Shown here one piece after another: positions 8,944 through 16,751 of a stretch of DNA of 32,000 bases. The notes under the pieces were generated by a model, which worked only from the letters and a program-made list of their open reading frames with translations, had not been told where the DNA came from and did not search any database. The position numbers and the translations under genes are program-made. The stretch's first letter is position 1; each line of letters starts with the position of its first letter. The stretch is from Candidatus Pelagibacter ubique HTCC1062 (GTDB lineage: Bacteria; Pseudomonadota; Alphaproteobacteria; Pelagibacterales; Pelagibacteraceae). Location of the stretch: assembly GCF_000012345.1 (NCBI RefSeq), contig NC_007205.1, positions 540,001 to 572,000 of the forward strand, read 5' to 3'.

Positions 8944-9535
8944 ATTTTCTCAAAAATTGTTCTTAGATAAATCTGTTTTAGAAATTGGATGTAATCAAGG
9001 TTTAACTACATTACAATTATCAAAGTTTGCGAAAAAAGTTACAGCAATAGACAATAATAAGAATCACATTTATTTTGCAAAAAAATTAAGAATCAAAAAA
9101 AATATAAAATATTTTCAAGTCGAAATGTTTAATAAAAAAGCAATGTATAAACTGGGTAAGTTTGAAATAATTTATTTAAGAGAAATCTTTAATTTTTTAA
9201 AAATTAATGATAAAAAGAAAATTATTAAAATTTTACAAAAAAATCTTAAAGCGAATGGAAAAATAATTATTACCGATTTTTATTCAAGTGTTTTTGTTAG
9301 AAAAAAAATTATAAATTTTATTAGATTAAATAATTTTGATATATTCAGCATTGATAAAAGAAGTATAATTTATCACTTCCAAGGTAAGAGGGATCTAAAG
9401 ATTTTCTTCAATAAATTCAATATGAATTTATCGATATTTACAAAAGACCCCTTAACCAAACATATAGGTTTTTTATCAAAATTAATTGAATATATTTATC
9501 CATGTAAATATACGGCGATTGTTAAAAAAAAATAA
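8924..9535 (+). CDS. Class I SAM-dependent methyltransferase
   Basis: 203 aa. Motif I is VLEIGCNQGLTT, followed by AIDNN (acidic loop) and a GKIIITDF block. It overlaps the carbamoyltransferase stop by 20 nt. Confidence 0.65.
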   Translation: MLFQENKFSQKLFLDKSVLEIGCNQGLTTLQLSKFAKKVTAIDNNKNHIYFAKKLRIKKNIKYFQVEMFNKKAMYKLGKFEIIYLREIFNFLKINDKKKIIKILQKNLKANGKIIITDFYSSVFVRKKIINFIRLNNFDIFSIDKRSIIYHFQGKRDLKIFFNKFNMNLSIFTKDPLTKHIGFLSKLIEYIYPCKYTAIVKKK

Positions 9536-10669
9536 TTATTTTACAAATATTTTATGGAAGTATTTATTAGCTGTTTCTATACTCCAATTTTTTATAATTA
9601 TCTTTGAGTTTTTTGAATACCTATATCTTATATCTTTATTGTTAATAATATTAATTATGGATTGTTCTAAATGAAATTTATTATTAAAAGCAACTCCATT
9701 TACGTTTTGTTTTACAAGATCGTATGATGAAATAACATTCCTTGAGGTTATAACAGGTTTTGAAAAACTCATTGCTTCATTTACTACAAGTCCCCAAGCA
9801 TCATATTTAGATGGCAAAACAAATAAATCTGATAAAGCATAAAATTGACATAACAAGTTCTGATTTATAAAGCCAACAAATTTTATATTTCTAAAGTTTT
9901 TATATCTATTAATTAATCTATCTTTAATATTACCATCTCCCGCAATAATTAAAGTCACTGGGATTTTGCAAGCTTTCTCTATTTTTAAAAAAGACTTAAT
10001 TAATAACTCTGGATTTTTTCTATCTATGATTTTTGCATTATAAAATATTATAAAAGAGTTTTGTTTAATTTGAATTTTTTTTCTTAAATTCATTAAATCC
10101 TCTTTTTTTATTATTTTTTTTTTAGATAAATTTCCAACAATGTAAGGAAGTTTAAGAATATTTTTTTTTGTATTATTAAGATAGAATTCTTTATTTTTTT
10201 TACCAATTGCTAGATAGTTTGTAATTAGTGGATCAATTATTTTAAAAAATAAAAAAATACTAATTTTAGATTTTAAATTGTTTTTAAAAAAATTACTACT
10301 TTCACCTCTTAACAAAACTTTGATACTTAACAAACGAGCAATAATTATTGATGACATTGAGTAAAAATTAGAATATCCATGTACCCAAAAATACTTAGGT
10401 TTTTCTTTAAACAATATCTTAGTGAGCCTAATTAAAAATTTTATTTTACTTTTATTTTTATCTTTAAATATAAATTGATGTTTGTGACTAAAGTTTTCAA
10501 TATCATCGAATTTAATAGTTTTATTCAAACCTTCGTCGAAATAAGGTTTTAGAGAAAAGTCTGATAGATAAATAACGTTTAAATTAATTTTTGAAGAAAG
10601 TGATATTCTGTCTAAAAATGGATTTTGATATTGAATTGGATGGTCTAAAAAATAAAGAATTTTAATCAT
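9536..10669 (-). CDS. Glycosyltransferase, GT4
   Basis: 377 aa. Contains LIIAGDGNIKDRL ... FVLPSKYDAWGLVVNEAMSFSKPVITS (E-x7-E block). Confidence 0.8.
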   Translation of the reverse strand: MIKILYFLDHPIQYQNPFLDRISLSSKINLNVIYLSDFSLKPYFDEGLNKTIKFDDIENFSHKHQFIFKDKNKSKIKFLIRLTKILFKEKPKYFWVHGYSNFYSMSSIIIARLLSIKVLLRGESSNFFKNNLKSKISIFLFFKIIDPLITNYLAIGKKNKEFYLNNTKKNILKLPYIVGNLSKKKIIKKEDLMNLRKKIQIKQNSFIIFYNAKIIDRKNPELLIKSFLKIEKACKIPVTLIIAGDGNIKDRLINRYKNFRNIKFVGFINQNLLCQFYALSDLFVLPSKYDAWGLVVNEAMSFSKPVITSRNVISSYDLVKQNVNGVAFNNKFHLEQSIINIINNKDIRYRYSKNSKIIIKNWSIETANKYFHKIFVK

Positions 10670-10694
10670 AGAAAAAAGTATATATAAAATATAT

Positions 10695-11843
10695 ATGCGA
10701 ATCTGTGTAATTGTACCATCATTTTTTCCAGCAGTTTTTTATGGTGGAACAATATTCTCTATACACGAGAGTTTAAAATTATTTTCTAATAAAAAATTAG
10801 AAATATTTGTATCCACAACTTCAGCCAATGGAAGAACAAGACTTAAAGTTAAAAAAAATATTTTTTTGAAATTAAAACAAAACTATTTTGTGAAATACTA
10901 TTTTGATGAAATCATAAACAGATTTTCACTATCTTTTTTATTTGGAATATGGAGCGATGTGAAAAAATCTAATATAGTTTATGTGCAAGATATTTTTTCT
11001 ATTTTTGCTATTTTAGGATTTGTAGCCTCTCGTATATACAATAAAAAATGTATAATTGCTCCTAGAGGGTCATTATCTGAATATAGTTTAAAAAGTAGAT
11101 TTTACTGGTTGAAAATGATTTGGATATTTATTTTTTTAAAGATTATGAACAAAAATTTTTTTTGGCATGTAACCTCTGAATTCGAAAAAAAAGATATTTT
11201 TAAATTAAATTTAAATGGAAAGATTTTTATTATTCCAAATTTTATTAAATTTGATTTAAAAAAAATAAAAAAACTAAAATCTTTAAACAGCTTAAGTTTA
11301 AATAATACTAAAAAAGTTTTAAAAATTGGTACATTAACAAGACTAGATAAAAAAAAAGGTTTGTTAAATTTAATTAGGGCATTTTCTAAATTAAAAACAA
11401 AGAAAGATGTACATTTATTTATTTGTGGTGAAGATCATGGATTAAAACAAGAAATTAAAAAAGAAATTAAAATTTGGAGTCTAAATAAAAAAGTTACTAT
11501 TTTAAAGCCCTTATATGGAATTAAGAAATATCAATTCTTAAAAATGTTAGATGTTTTCTGCTTACCATCTAAAAATGAAAATTTTGGAAATGTATATTTA
11601 GAATCATTAAGAGTTGGTACTCCAATTATAGCAAGCAAATTTACACCTTGGAAAAATGTCATAAAATTTAAGTGTGGATTAATAACAAATAATATGATTG
11701 ATAATATAGCATTAAATATTGATAAATTCATTCAAAACAGAAATAAATTTAAAAAAAGTAATTGTGAAAAATTAGCTAATTTATACAATGAAGTTGTTAT
11801 TAAAAATTTATACTTAAAAATGTTTTATGAACTTAACAAATAA
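10695..11843 (+). CDS. Glycosyltransferase, GT4
   Basis: 382 aa. Contains MRICVIVPSFFPAVFYGG, RLDKKKGLLNLIRAFSKL, LFICGEDHG and CLPSKNENFGNVYLESLRVGTPIIAS. Confidence 0.8.
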   Translation: MRICVIVPSFFPAVFYGGTIFSIHESLKLFSNKKLEIFVSTTSANGRTRLKVKKNIFLKLKQNYFVKYYFDEIINRFSLSFLFGIWSDVKKSNIVYVQDIFSIFAILGFVASRIYNKKCIIAPRGSLSEYSLKSRFYWLKMIWIFIFLKIMNKNFFWHVTSEFEKKDIFKLNLNGKIFIIPNFIKFDLKKIKKLKSLNSLSLNNTKKVLKIGTLTRLDKKKGLLNLIRAFSKLKTKKDVHLFICGEDHGLKQEIKKEIKIWSLNKKVTILKPLYGIKKYQFLKMLDVFCLPSKNENFGNVYLESLRVGTPIIASKFTPWKNVIKFKCGLITNNMIDNIALNIDKFIQNRNKFKKSNCEKLANLYNEVVIKNLYLKMFYELNK

Positions 11844-12528
11844 AATATACTCAAGTTATTCAAAGTTAGCACTAAATTCAGATACAGACTCAGAGCAAAA
11901 TTTTAATTATTTTGATCAAGAATTAAAAAAGATTGATAATTTGTATGAAAAAAAAATTATTGAAATAGGTTATGGCAAAGGTTTTTTTCTTGATTGGGCA
12001 AAAAGTTCAAAATTAGATATTATTGGTTATGAGATAAATGAGGATTTTCATAAAAATGCAGAACAAAATCATAAAGTAATACTAGGTGATGGTAGTAATA
12101 TTTCAAAAGAGGTATCAGATAAATTCGATCTAATAATATTGTTTGATGTAATTGAACATATAAGTAAAGAAAATTTATTAAATTTTTTTCAAAATTTAAA
12201 TGAACTACTAAATAAAGAAGGAGAAATATTATTAAGATTCCCAAATGGCTCAAGTGCAGCTGGATTAGAATATTTTAATTCAGACTTAACTCATTTTTCA
12301 TTTTTAAATAAAAGATCTCTTAAAATGATTGCAGAGATAAACAAATTAGAATTAGTTTACTATGGTAATATGCAAAGAGTTAAAAAATTTAAATCCTTAA
12401 GAGGAAAATTATTTGGAAGAATGATTTACTTTTTTAGAGATTTAATAGAATATGTTTATGGAAATTTATATTTTGGGCAAAAAATTCCTCTAGACCCTAA
12501 CGTTGTTGGTGTACTAAAAAAAAATTAA
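11827..12528 (+). CDS. Class I SAM-dependent methyltransferase
   Basis: 233 aa. Motif I is IIEIGYGKGFF. FDLIILFDVIEHI is the Methyltransf_11/23-type post-II block. It overlaps the upstream GT4 stop by 17 nt. Confidence 0.7.
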   Translation: MNLTNKIYSSYSKLALNSDTDSEQNFNYFDQELKKIDNLYEKKIIEIGYGKGFFLDWAKSSKLDIIGYEINEDFHKNAEQNHKVILGDGSNISKEVSDKFDLIILFDVIEHISKENLLNFFQNLNELLNKEGEILLRFPNGSSAAGLEYFNSDLTHFSFLNKRSLKMIAEINKLELVYYGNMQRVKKFKSLRGKLFGRMIYFFRDLIEYVYGNLYFGQKIPLDPNVVGVLKKN

Positions 12529-13595
12529 TTTATGTTTTTTTCAAAATCATTAATAATTTTTTCAAATCTTTTTTTGAATTCTTTATAAGAAAAATTATTT
12601 TTCCATCTATTTTTTGCATTTTTACCCATCTTCTTTAATTTTAAATTATTGTTTGAAATTTTGTCCATATAAATCAAAAGTTCATCTTTTTTTTTATTAT
12701 TCAAGTCAGCAGAATAACCAGTTTTTCCATGTACATTTATTTCATGACCTGCATCTTGTTTTGATGTTATAATTGGTATTCCTCTGCTCATAGCCTCAAT
12801 ATATACCAATCCAAAACCTTCAACTTTTGATGGCATAATCAGCACATCTGTTTTAGACCATAGATTATTAAGTTTTTTTTCTTCTAAAAAACCGTACATT
12901 TTTACCTTTTTTTGTAAATTTAAACTTGCAATCTTTTTTTTAATATTTTTATATTCTGGACCTTTTCCAACTATTATTAATTTTATATTTTTTTTCTTTA
13001 TCTTATTAAATGCGTCAATTGTTATTTGATGTCCTTTATTTTTTTCTAATCTTGATAAAAATAAAAAATTAAAGTTTTTCTTTTTTTTTTTTACAAATTT
13101 AATTTCATCATATATGGTAGATAACCAGCATACTTTTACATTTTTTAATGTTCCATGAGTTGTGAGGGCCTTATGTTTTGTAAAATTTGAAATTGCTATC
13201 GAAAGAGCACTATTTTTTTGGGCTTTAAGTCTTTTTTTGTTACTTTTATCCCATATATCAATTCCATATAAAAATACAATATAAGGTTTTTTTTTGATAT
13301 GAAGCAGATTTGATCTTGCTAATCCTAAATGATCATACAAAATATAATCAGATTTTTTTGAATTGATAAAATCATTAATTGTAAAAGATAATTTAGATTT
13401 TCTATTAAATTTTTTTCTAACAAAATTGCTATTACTAATATTCTGTATATTATCGTCTCGAAATATGTTTAAAAAAGTTTTATCATTATTTAGTTTTGAT
13501 CTATCTTCAAAAAATTTTAATACTAGATTTGCAACTCTAGATATTCCACCATCAGAAGAATTAAGACTTTCAAAATTGAGAGAAATATTTTTCAT
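12525..13595 (-). CDS. Glycosyltransferase, GT4
   Basis: 356 aa. Contains FLSRLEKNKGHQITIDAFNKI, LIIVGKGPE and IMPSKVEGFGLVYIEAMSRGIPIITSKQDAGHE. Confidence 0.8.
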   Translation of the reverse strand: MKNISLNFESLNSSDGGISRVANLVLKFFEDRSKLNNDKTFLNIFRDDNIQNISNSNFVRKKFNRKSKLSFTINDFINSKKSDYILYDHLGLARSNLLHIKKKPYIVFLYGIDIWDKSNKKRLKAQKNSALSIAISNFTKHKALTTHGTLKNVKVCWLSTIYDEIKFVKKKKKNFNFLFLSRLEKNKGHQITIDAFNKIKKKNIKLIIVGKGPEYKNIKKKIASLNLQKKVKMYGFLEEKKLNNLWSKTDVLIMPSKVEGFGLVYIEAMSRGIPIITSKQDAGHEINVHGKTGYSADLNNKKKDELLIYMDKISNNNLKLKKMGKNAKNRWKNNFSYKEFKKRFEKIINDFEKNIN

Positions 13596-13606
13596 TTAGA
13601 TTTATT

Positions 13607-14311
13607 ATGATTGAGGTATTAATTAGTCGATTAAGAAAAATATTACCAGACACAATTTTTAATTTTTTTAGAAGAATATTAACGGCATTAATTACACCCA
13701 TATTGTTTTCCTATAAATCTGGTCATTTTTTAAGCTCAATTCAATCAAAAGCAGTTGATAAAAAAAATAATCCAATTCCATGGTACACTTATTCTTGCAT
13801 AGACTTTTTACAAACATTTAATTTTAAAAATAAAAAAATTTTAGAATTTGGCTCAGGTCAATCGAGTATTTGGTGGTCAAAACTTTCCCAGGAAGTTCAC
13901 TCTTTAGAAGATAATGAGTATTATGAAAAAAAAATTTCAAAATTGAAAATTAATAATTTGAAGGTATATAATTGTGATACTTACTTAAATAATTTTGATA
14001 AATTAAATTTTGAAAACTTTTTTTTCGATATAATAGTGGTCGATGGTTTTGATAGATTTTTAAGTTTTAAAAAATCTTTAGACCTAATTTCAAAAACTGG
14101 AATATTTATTTTTGATAATTCTGAAGGATATAATGAACCAAGAGATAATTATAAATCTCATCCAATATTGAATATGATGAGTGAGCAAGGATTCCAAAGA
14201 ATCGACTTTTATGGTTATGCGCCTGGAGTTATAAAGAAGCATTGTACATCTGTATTTCACAAACAAACTTCATTTATTAATCAATTGAATTTTAATATCA
14301 AAAGATTCTAG
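13607..14311 (+). CDS. Hypothetical protein, probable class I SAM-methyltransferase fold
   Basis: 234 aa. ILEFGSGQSSIWWS is GxGxG-like, followed about 60 aa later by DIIVVDG and GIFIFDNS. The order and spacing fit a Rossmann-type methyltransferase. No stronger family signature was recognised. Confidence 0.35.
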   Translation: MIEVLISRLRKILPDTIFNFFRRILTALITPILFSYKSGHFLSSIQSKAVDKKNNPIPWYTYSCIDFLQTFNFKNKKILEFGSGQSSIWWSKLSQEVHSLEDNEYYEKKISKLKINNLKVYNCDTYLNNFDKLNFENFFFDIIVVDGFDRFLSFKKSLDLISKTGIFIFDNSEGYNEPRDNYKSHPILNMMSEQGFQRIDFYGYAPGVIKKHCTSVFHKQTSFINQLNFNIKRF

Positions 14312-15052
14312 ATGATTAAAAAAAAAATTAATTTAGGCATAATAGGATTTGGCTCTTGGGGTAAAAGAGTCTTCAATGTAATAAAAAAAAATCAAAATAT
14401 AAAAATATTATTTATAGAAACTAAAAAAAATGACTTTTCAAACATGTATCATAAAGTTGATTGGGTTTATATAGTAACACCCCCTAATAATCATTTTGAA
14501 CAAGTAAAAAAATTTTTATTACTTAAATTAAATGTTTTATGTGAAAAACCATTATCATTTAAAAAACAAGAACTAGTTTATTTATATGATTTAGCAAAAA
14601 AAAATAAAAAAAAACTTTTTATTAATCATATAGAATTTTTTAAAATTAATGAAAAAAAATTTCTGTACAAAAAAAATAATATAATAGAAAATTATTTTCC
14701 ATTAAATTTAGATTATTCAGAGTCATTCTCAAGACTGTTATATCATGATTTTTATTTGTTATATAATTGCATAAAAAACCAATCATTTAATTTAAGATTG
14801 ATAGATCAAAAAGATAATTACGAATTAGAATTCAAACATAAAAGTTTAGTTCAAAAAATTAAAACTTCATTATATAAAAAAAAAAAGCGTATTCATAAAA
14901 TTAATAATGAAAATTTAGTTACGAATAAAGATTATATTAATGAATATTTTTATTCAATTTTTACTAGTCATCAGAGTTATTTAATTAATAAAAAGCAAGT
15001 TTTTTTTGTTTCAAAAATTTATGACAAATTTATGAATATTAAAAAAAAATAG
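14312..15052 (+). CDS. Gfo/Idh/MocA-family NAD(P)-dependent (sugar-nucleotide) oxidoreductase, unusually short
   Basis: Contains INLGIIGFGSWGKR (Rossmann fold), VYIVTPPNNHFEQV and VLCEKPL (the EKP motif of the family). It is only 246 aa, whereas family members are usually about 300-350 aa. Confidence 0.6.
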   Translation: MIKKKINLGIIGFGSWGKRVFNVIKKNQNIKILFIETKKNDFSNMYHKVDWVYIVTPPNNHFEQVKKFLLLKLNVLCEKPLSFKKQELVYLYDLAKKNKKKLFINHIEFFKINEKKFLYKKNNIIENYFPLNLDYSESFSRLLYHDFYLLYNCIKNQSFNLRLIDQKDNYELEFKHKSLVQKIKTSLYKKKKRIHKINNENLVTNKDYINEYFYSIFTSHQSYLINKKQVFFVSKIYDKFMNIKKK

Positions 15053-15227
15053 ATTTATTTCATTAAATGATTTGAAAAACAAATTTAACTTAAGCAAAAA
15101 AAAATACAAAAATAGCACTAGTTTAGCTGCTTCAGTATTAAATATACCCTTCTATTATAATATAAAAAATAACGATCAAATAAAAGTTGTTAAAGAAATT
15201 TCAAATTTTCAAAAAATAATTAGCTAA
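15036..15227 (+). pseudogene. Possible relic of the C-terminus of a DegT-family aminotransferase (no start codon)
   Basis: Open frame with no ATG: ...KKKYKNSTSLAASVLNIPFYYNIKNNDQIKVVKEISNFQKIIS*. It fits the C-terminal pattern of DegT enzymes, (S/T)-E-x-L-x-x-x-hydrophobic-x-hydrophobic-P-x4-hydrophobic-x5-6-V-x3-I. For comparison, the intact DegT in this window ends KRSEYFCSIHFCPPLTSGMSEKDAKYCAEMI. It lies in otherwise unassigned DNA downstream of a Gfo/Idh/MocA gene, which is the usual partner of such aminotransferases. Confidence 0.3.
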
Positions 15228-15991
15228 CCAATTCTAAATTGTTTAATTTTTTGTAAATTTTTAAGTATTAAGGTAGTAAAACCACAAAGATTATTTTTTC
15301 TTATAATTTTGTAATCTTCAATCATTTTAACTAGAATATTTTTTACTGATTTATTGCTACTTCCACCCAAATTCATCTTTACAAGTGTTTTTGGAATATA
15401 AATAGCAGATATTTTTTTGTTTCGTAAAGCTCTTATTAAGAAATCATAGTCAGAGGATATTTTATAATTTGTATTAAACTTTCCAACTTTATAAATAAAT
15501 TTTCTTAAGAAATATGTAGTAGGATGAGGTGGCATCCATCCGTATTTAAGTTTTTTATTAAAATATTGGTAATTTTGTAAAATATTCTCTTGATTGTTAG
15601 CAATCCATTTTCTTCTAACTTTATCATTTTTATTAATATAATTTAAATCTCCATATGTAAAATTGATATTATTATTTTTAAATTTTTTAACTATATTTGA
15701 TATAACATTCCTTTTATAAAAAAAGTCATCAGAATGTAAAAATCCAACTATATTTCCATTGGCAAATTTTATACCTTTATTAAATGCATAAAAAATTCCT
15801 TGGTCCTTTTCACTAATTAAGATTGTTTTTTTATCTTTTTTGGATTTTAAGTATTCAAAAGTTCCATCATTGGAACAATTATCAATCCATATTTTTTGAA
15901 TGTTTTTGTAGTCTTGATTGTAAATAGAATTTATTGTTTTTTTTATAGTCTTAATGGAATTAGAAGTTAAAGTAATTATAGATACTTTCAT
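15224..15991 (-). CDS. Glycosyltransferase, GT2 (WcaE-like size)
   Basis: 255 aa. Contains KVSIITLTSNSIKTIKKTINSIYNQDYKNIQKIWIDNCSNDGT and GFLHSDD (DxD). Confidence 0.75.
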   Translation of the reverse strand: MKVSIITLTSNSIKTIKKTINSIYNQDYKNIQKIWIDNCSNDGTFEYLKSKKDKKTILISEKDQGIFYAFNKGIKFANGNIVGFLHSDDFFYKRNVISNIVKKFKNNNINFTYGDLNYINKNDKVRRKWIANNQENILQNYQYFNKKLKYGWMPPHPTTYFLRKFIYKVGKFNTNYKISSDYDFLIRALRNKKISAIYIPKTLVKMNLGGSSNKSVKNILVKMIEDYKIIRKNNLCGFTTLILKNLQKIKQFRIG

Positions 15992-16334
15992 TTAACATGA
16001 TTTTTTAAATAATTTTTTAACATAATTTTTACAAGTAATTTGAGAAGTGAAAATAGGATTGACGAAAGAAGTACCAACAAGAGATTGAGCAGCTAGATTA
16101 TAATCTTCGTCAAACTTATAATTTTTGAATAATCTCATCAAACTACTAATTAGTTAAATCTATATTTACTATTTTGATTTTATTTTCCAAACCTAAATTT
16201 CTCGATCTACGTTTGTTATCTCTTGCCGACCTTTTATCTGCATCTATTACTTGATAATTTTTTGTTAAAAGAAACTGGGCTAGATAAGCTCCATTCTGTC
16301 CAGAAACATCAGTTATTAATGTAGTCTTTTTCAT
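15992..16334 (-). pseudogene. gmd: GDP-mannose 4,6-dehydratase relic: N-terminal ~110 codons, double stop plus frameshift, truncated
   Basis: Frame A (16334-16149) reads MKKTTLITDVSGQNGAYLAQFLLTKNYQVIDADKRSARDNKRRSRNLGLENKIKIVNIDLTN, then TAG TAG. One nucleotide later, frame B (16141-15995) reads LMRLFKNYKFDEDYNLAAQSLVGTSFVNPIFTSQIT..., then unrelated residues and a stop at 15992-15994. Together these align with the Gmd N-terminus (ITGITGQDGAYLA ... DxxD ... L.R.I....[17 protein letters not shown]). The first Rossmann glycine is mutated (GITGQDG to DVSGQNG). Confidence 0.8.
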
Positions 16335-16385
16335 GGTTAAATATATTTAATATTATTATATATATAGTATATACCTCACAAACAA

Positions 16386-16751
16386 ATGATTTATTTATCT
16401 CACAGAGGAAATCTTAGAGGTCGAAATAAAAAAAAAGAAAATCATCCAGATTATATTAATATGGCATTAAATAAAAAATTTTCTGTAGAAGTAGATGTCT
16501 TGTTTAAAAAAAGTAATTTTTATTTAGGGCACGATAGACCGCAGTATAAAGTTTCAGATAAATTTCTGTTAAAAAAAAACAATTGGGGTCATGCAAAGAA
16601 TATTAGTGCCTTATCTGAACTAAAAAAAATAAAATCTCATTATTTTTGGCATCAAGAAGATCAATACACAGTAACAAGTAAAGGCTTTATTTGGGCATAT
16701 CCTGGTGAAAAGTTAACAAACGATACAATATATGCATCTTTATCAAAATAA
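16386..16751 (+). CDS. Small glycerophosphodiester-phosphodiesterase-like (GDPD-fold) protein, possibly truncated
   Basis: 121 aa. SHRGN...ENHPDYINMALNKKFSVEVDV...LGHD resembles the HRG...EN(T/S)...E-x-D...HD catalytic signature of the GDPD family. The stop lies 20 nt inside the next gene. Confidence 0.35.
   Translation: MIYLSHRGNLRGRNKKKENHPDYINMALNKKFSVEVDVLFKKSNFYLGHDRPQYKVSDKFLLKKNNWGHAKNISALSELKKIKSHYFWHQEDQYTVTSKGFIWAYPGEKLTNDTIYASLSK

Noticed and set aside
11446-11469. Tandem 12-nt direct repeat GAAATTAAAAAA / GAAATTAAAATT inside a GT4 gene.
   Set aside because: There are only two imperfect copies, and they encode EIKKEIKI in a Lys/Ile-rich protein. This is a compositional coincidence, not a repeat element.
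16335-16385. TA-rich stretch (ATTATATATATAGTATATAC), considered as a microsatellite or regulatory repeat between the gmd relic and the GDPD-like gene.
   Set aside because: It has only about 5 TA units and is imperfect. This is typical of A+T-rich divergent promoter regions, and similar TATATA runs occur at 10680-10694. There is no evidence of a specific element.
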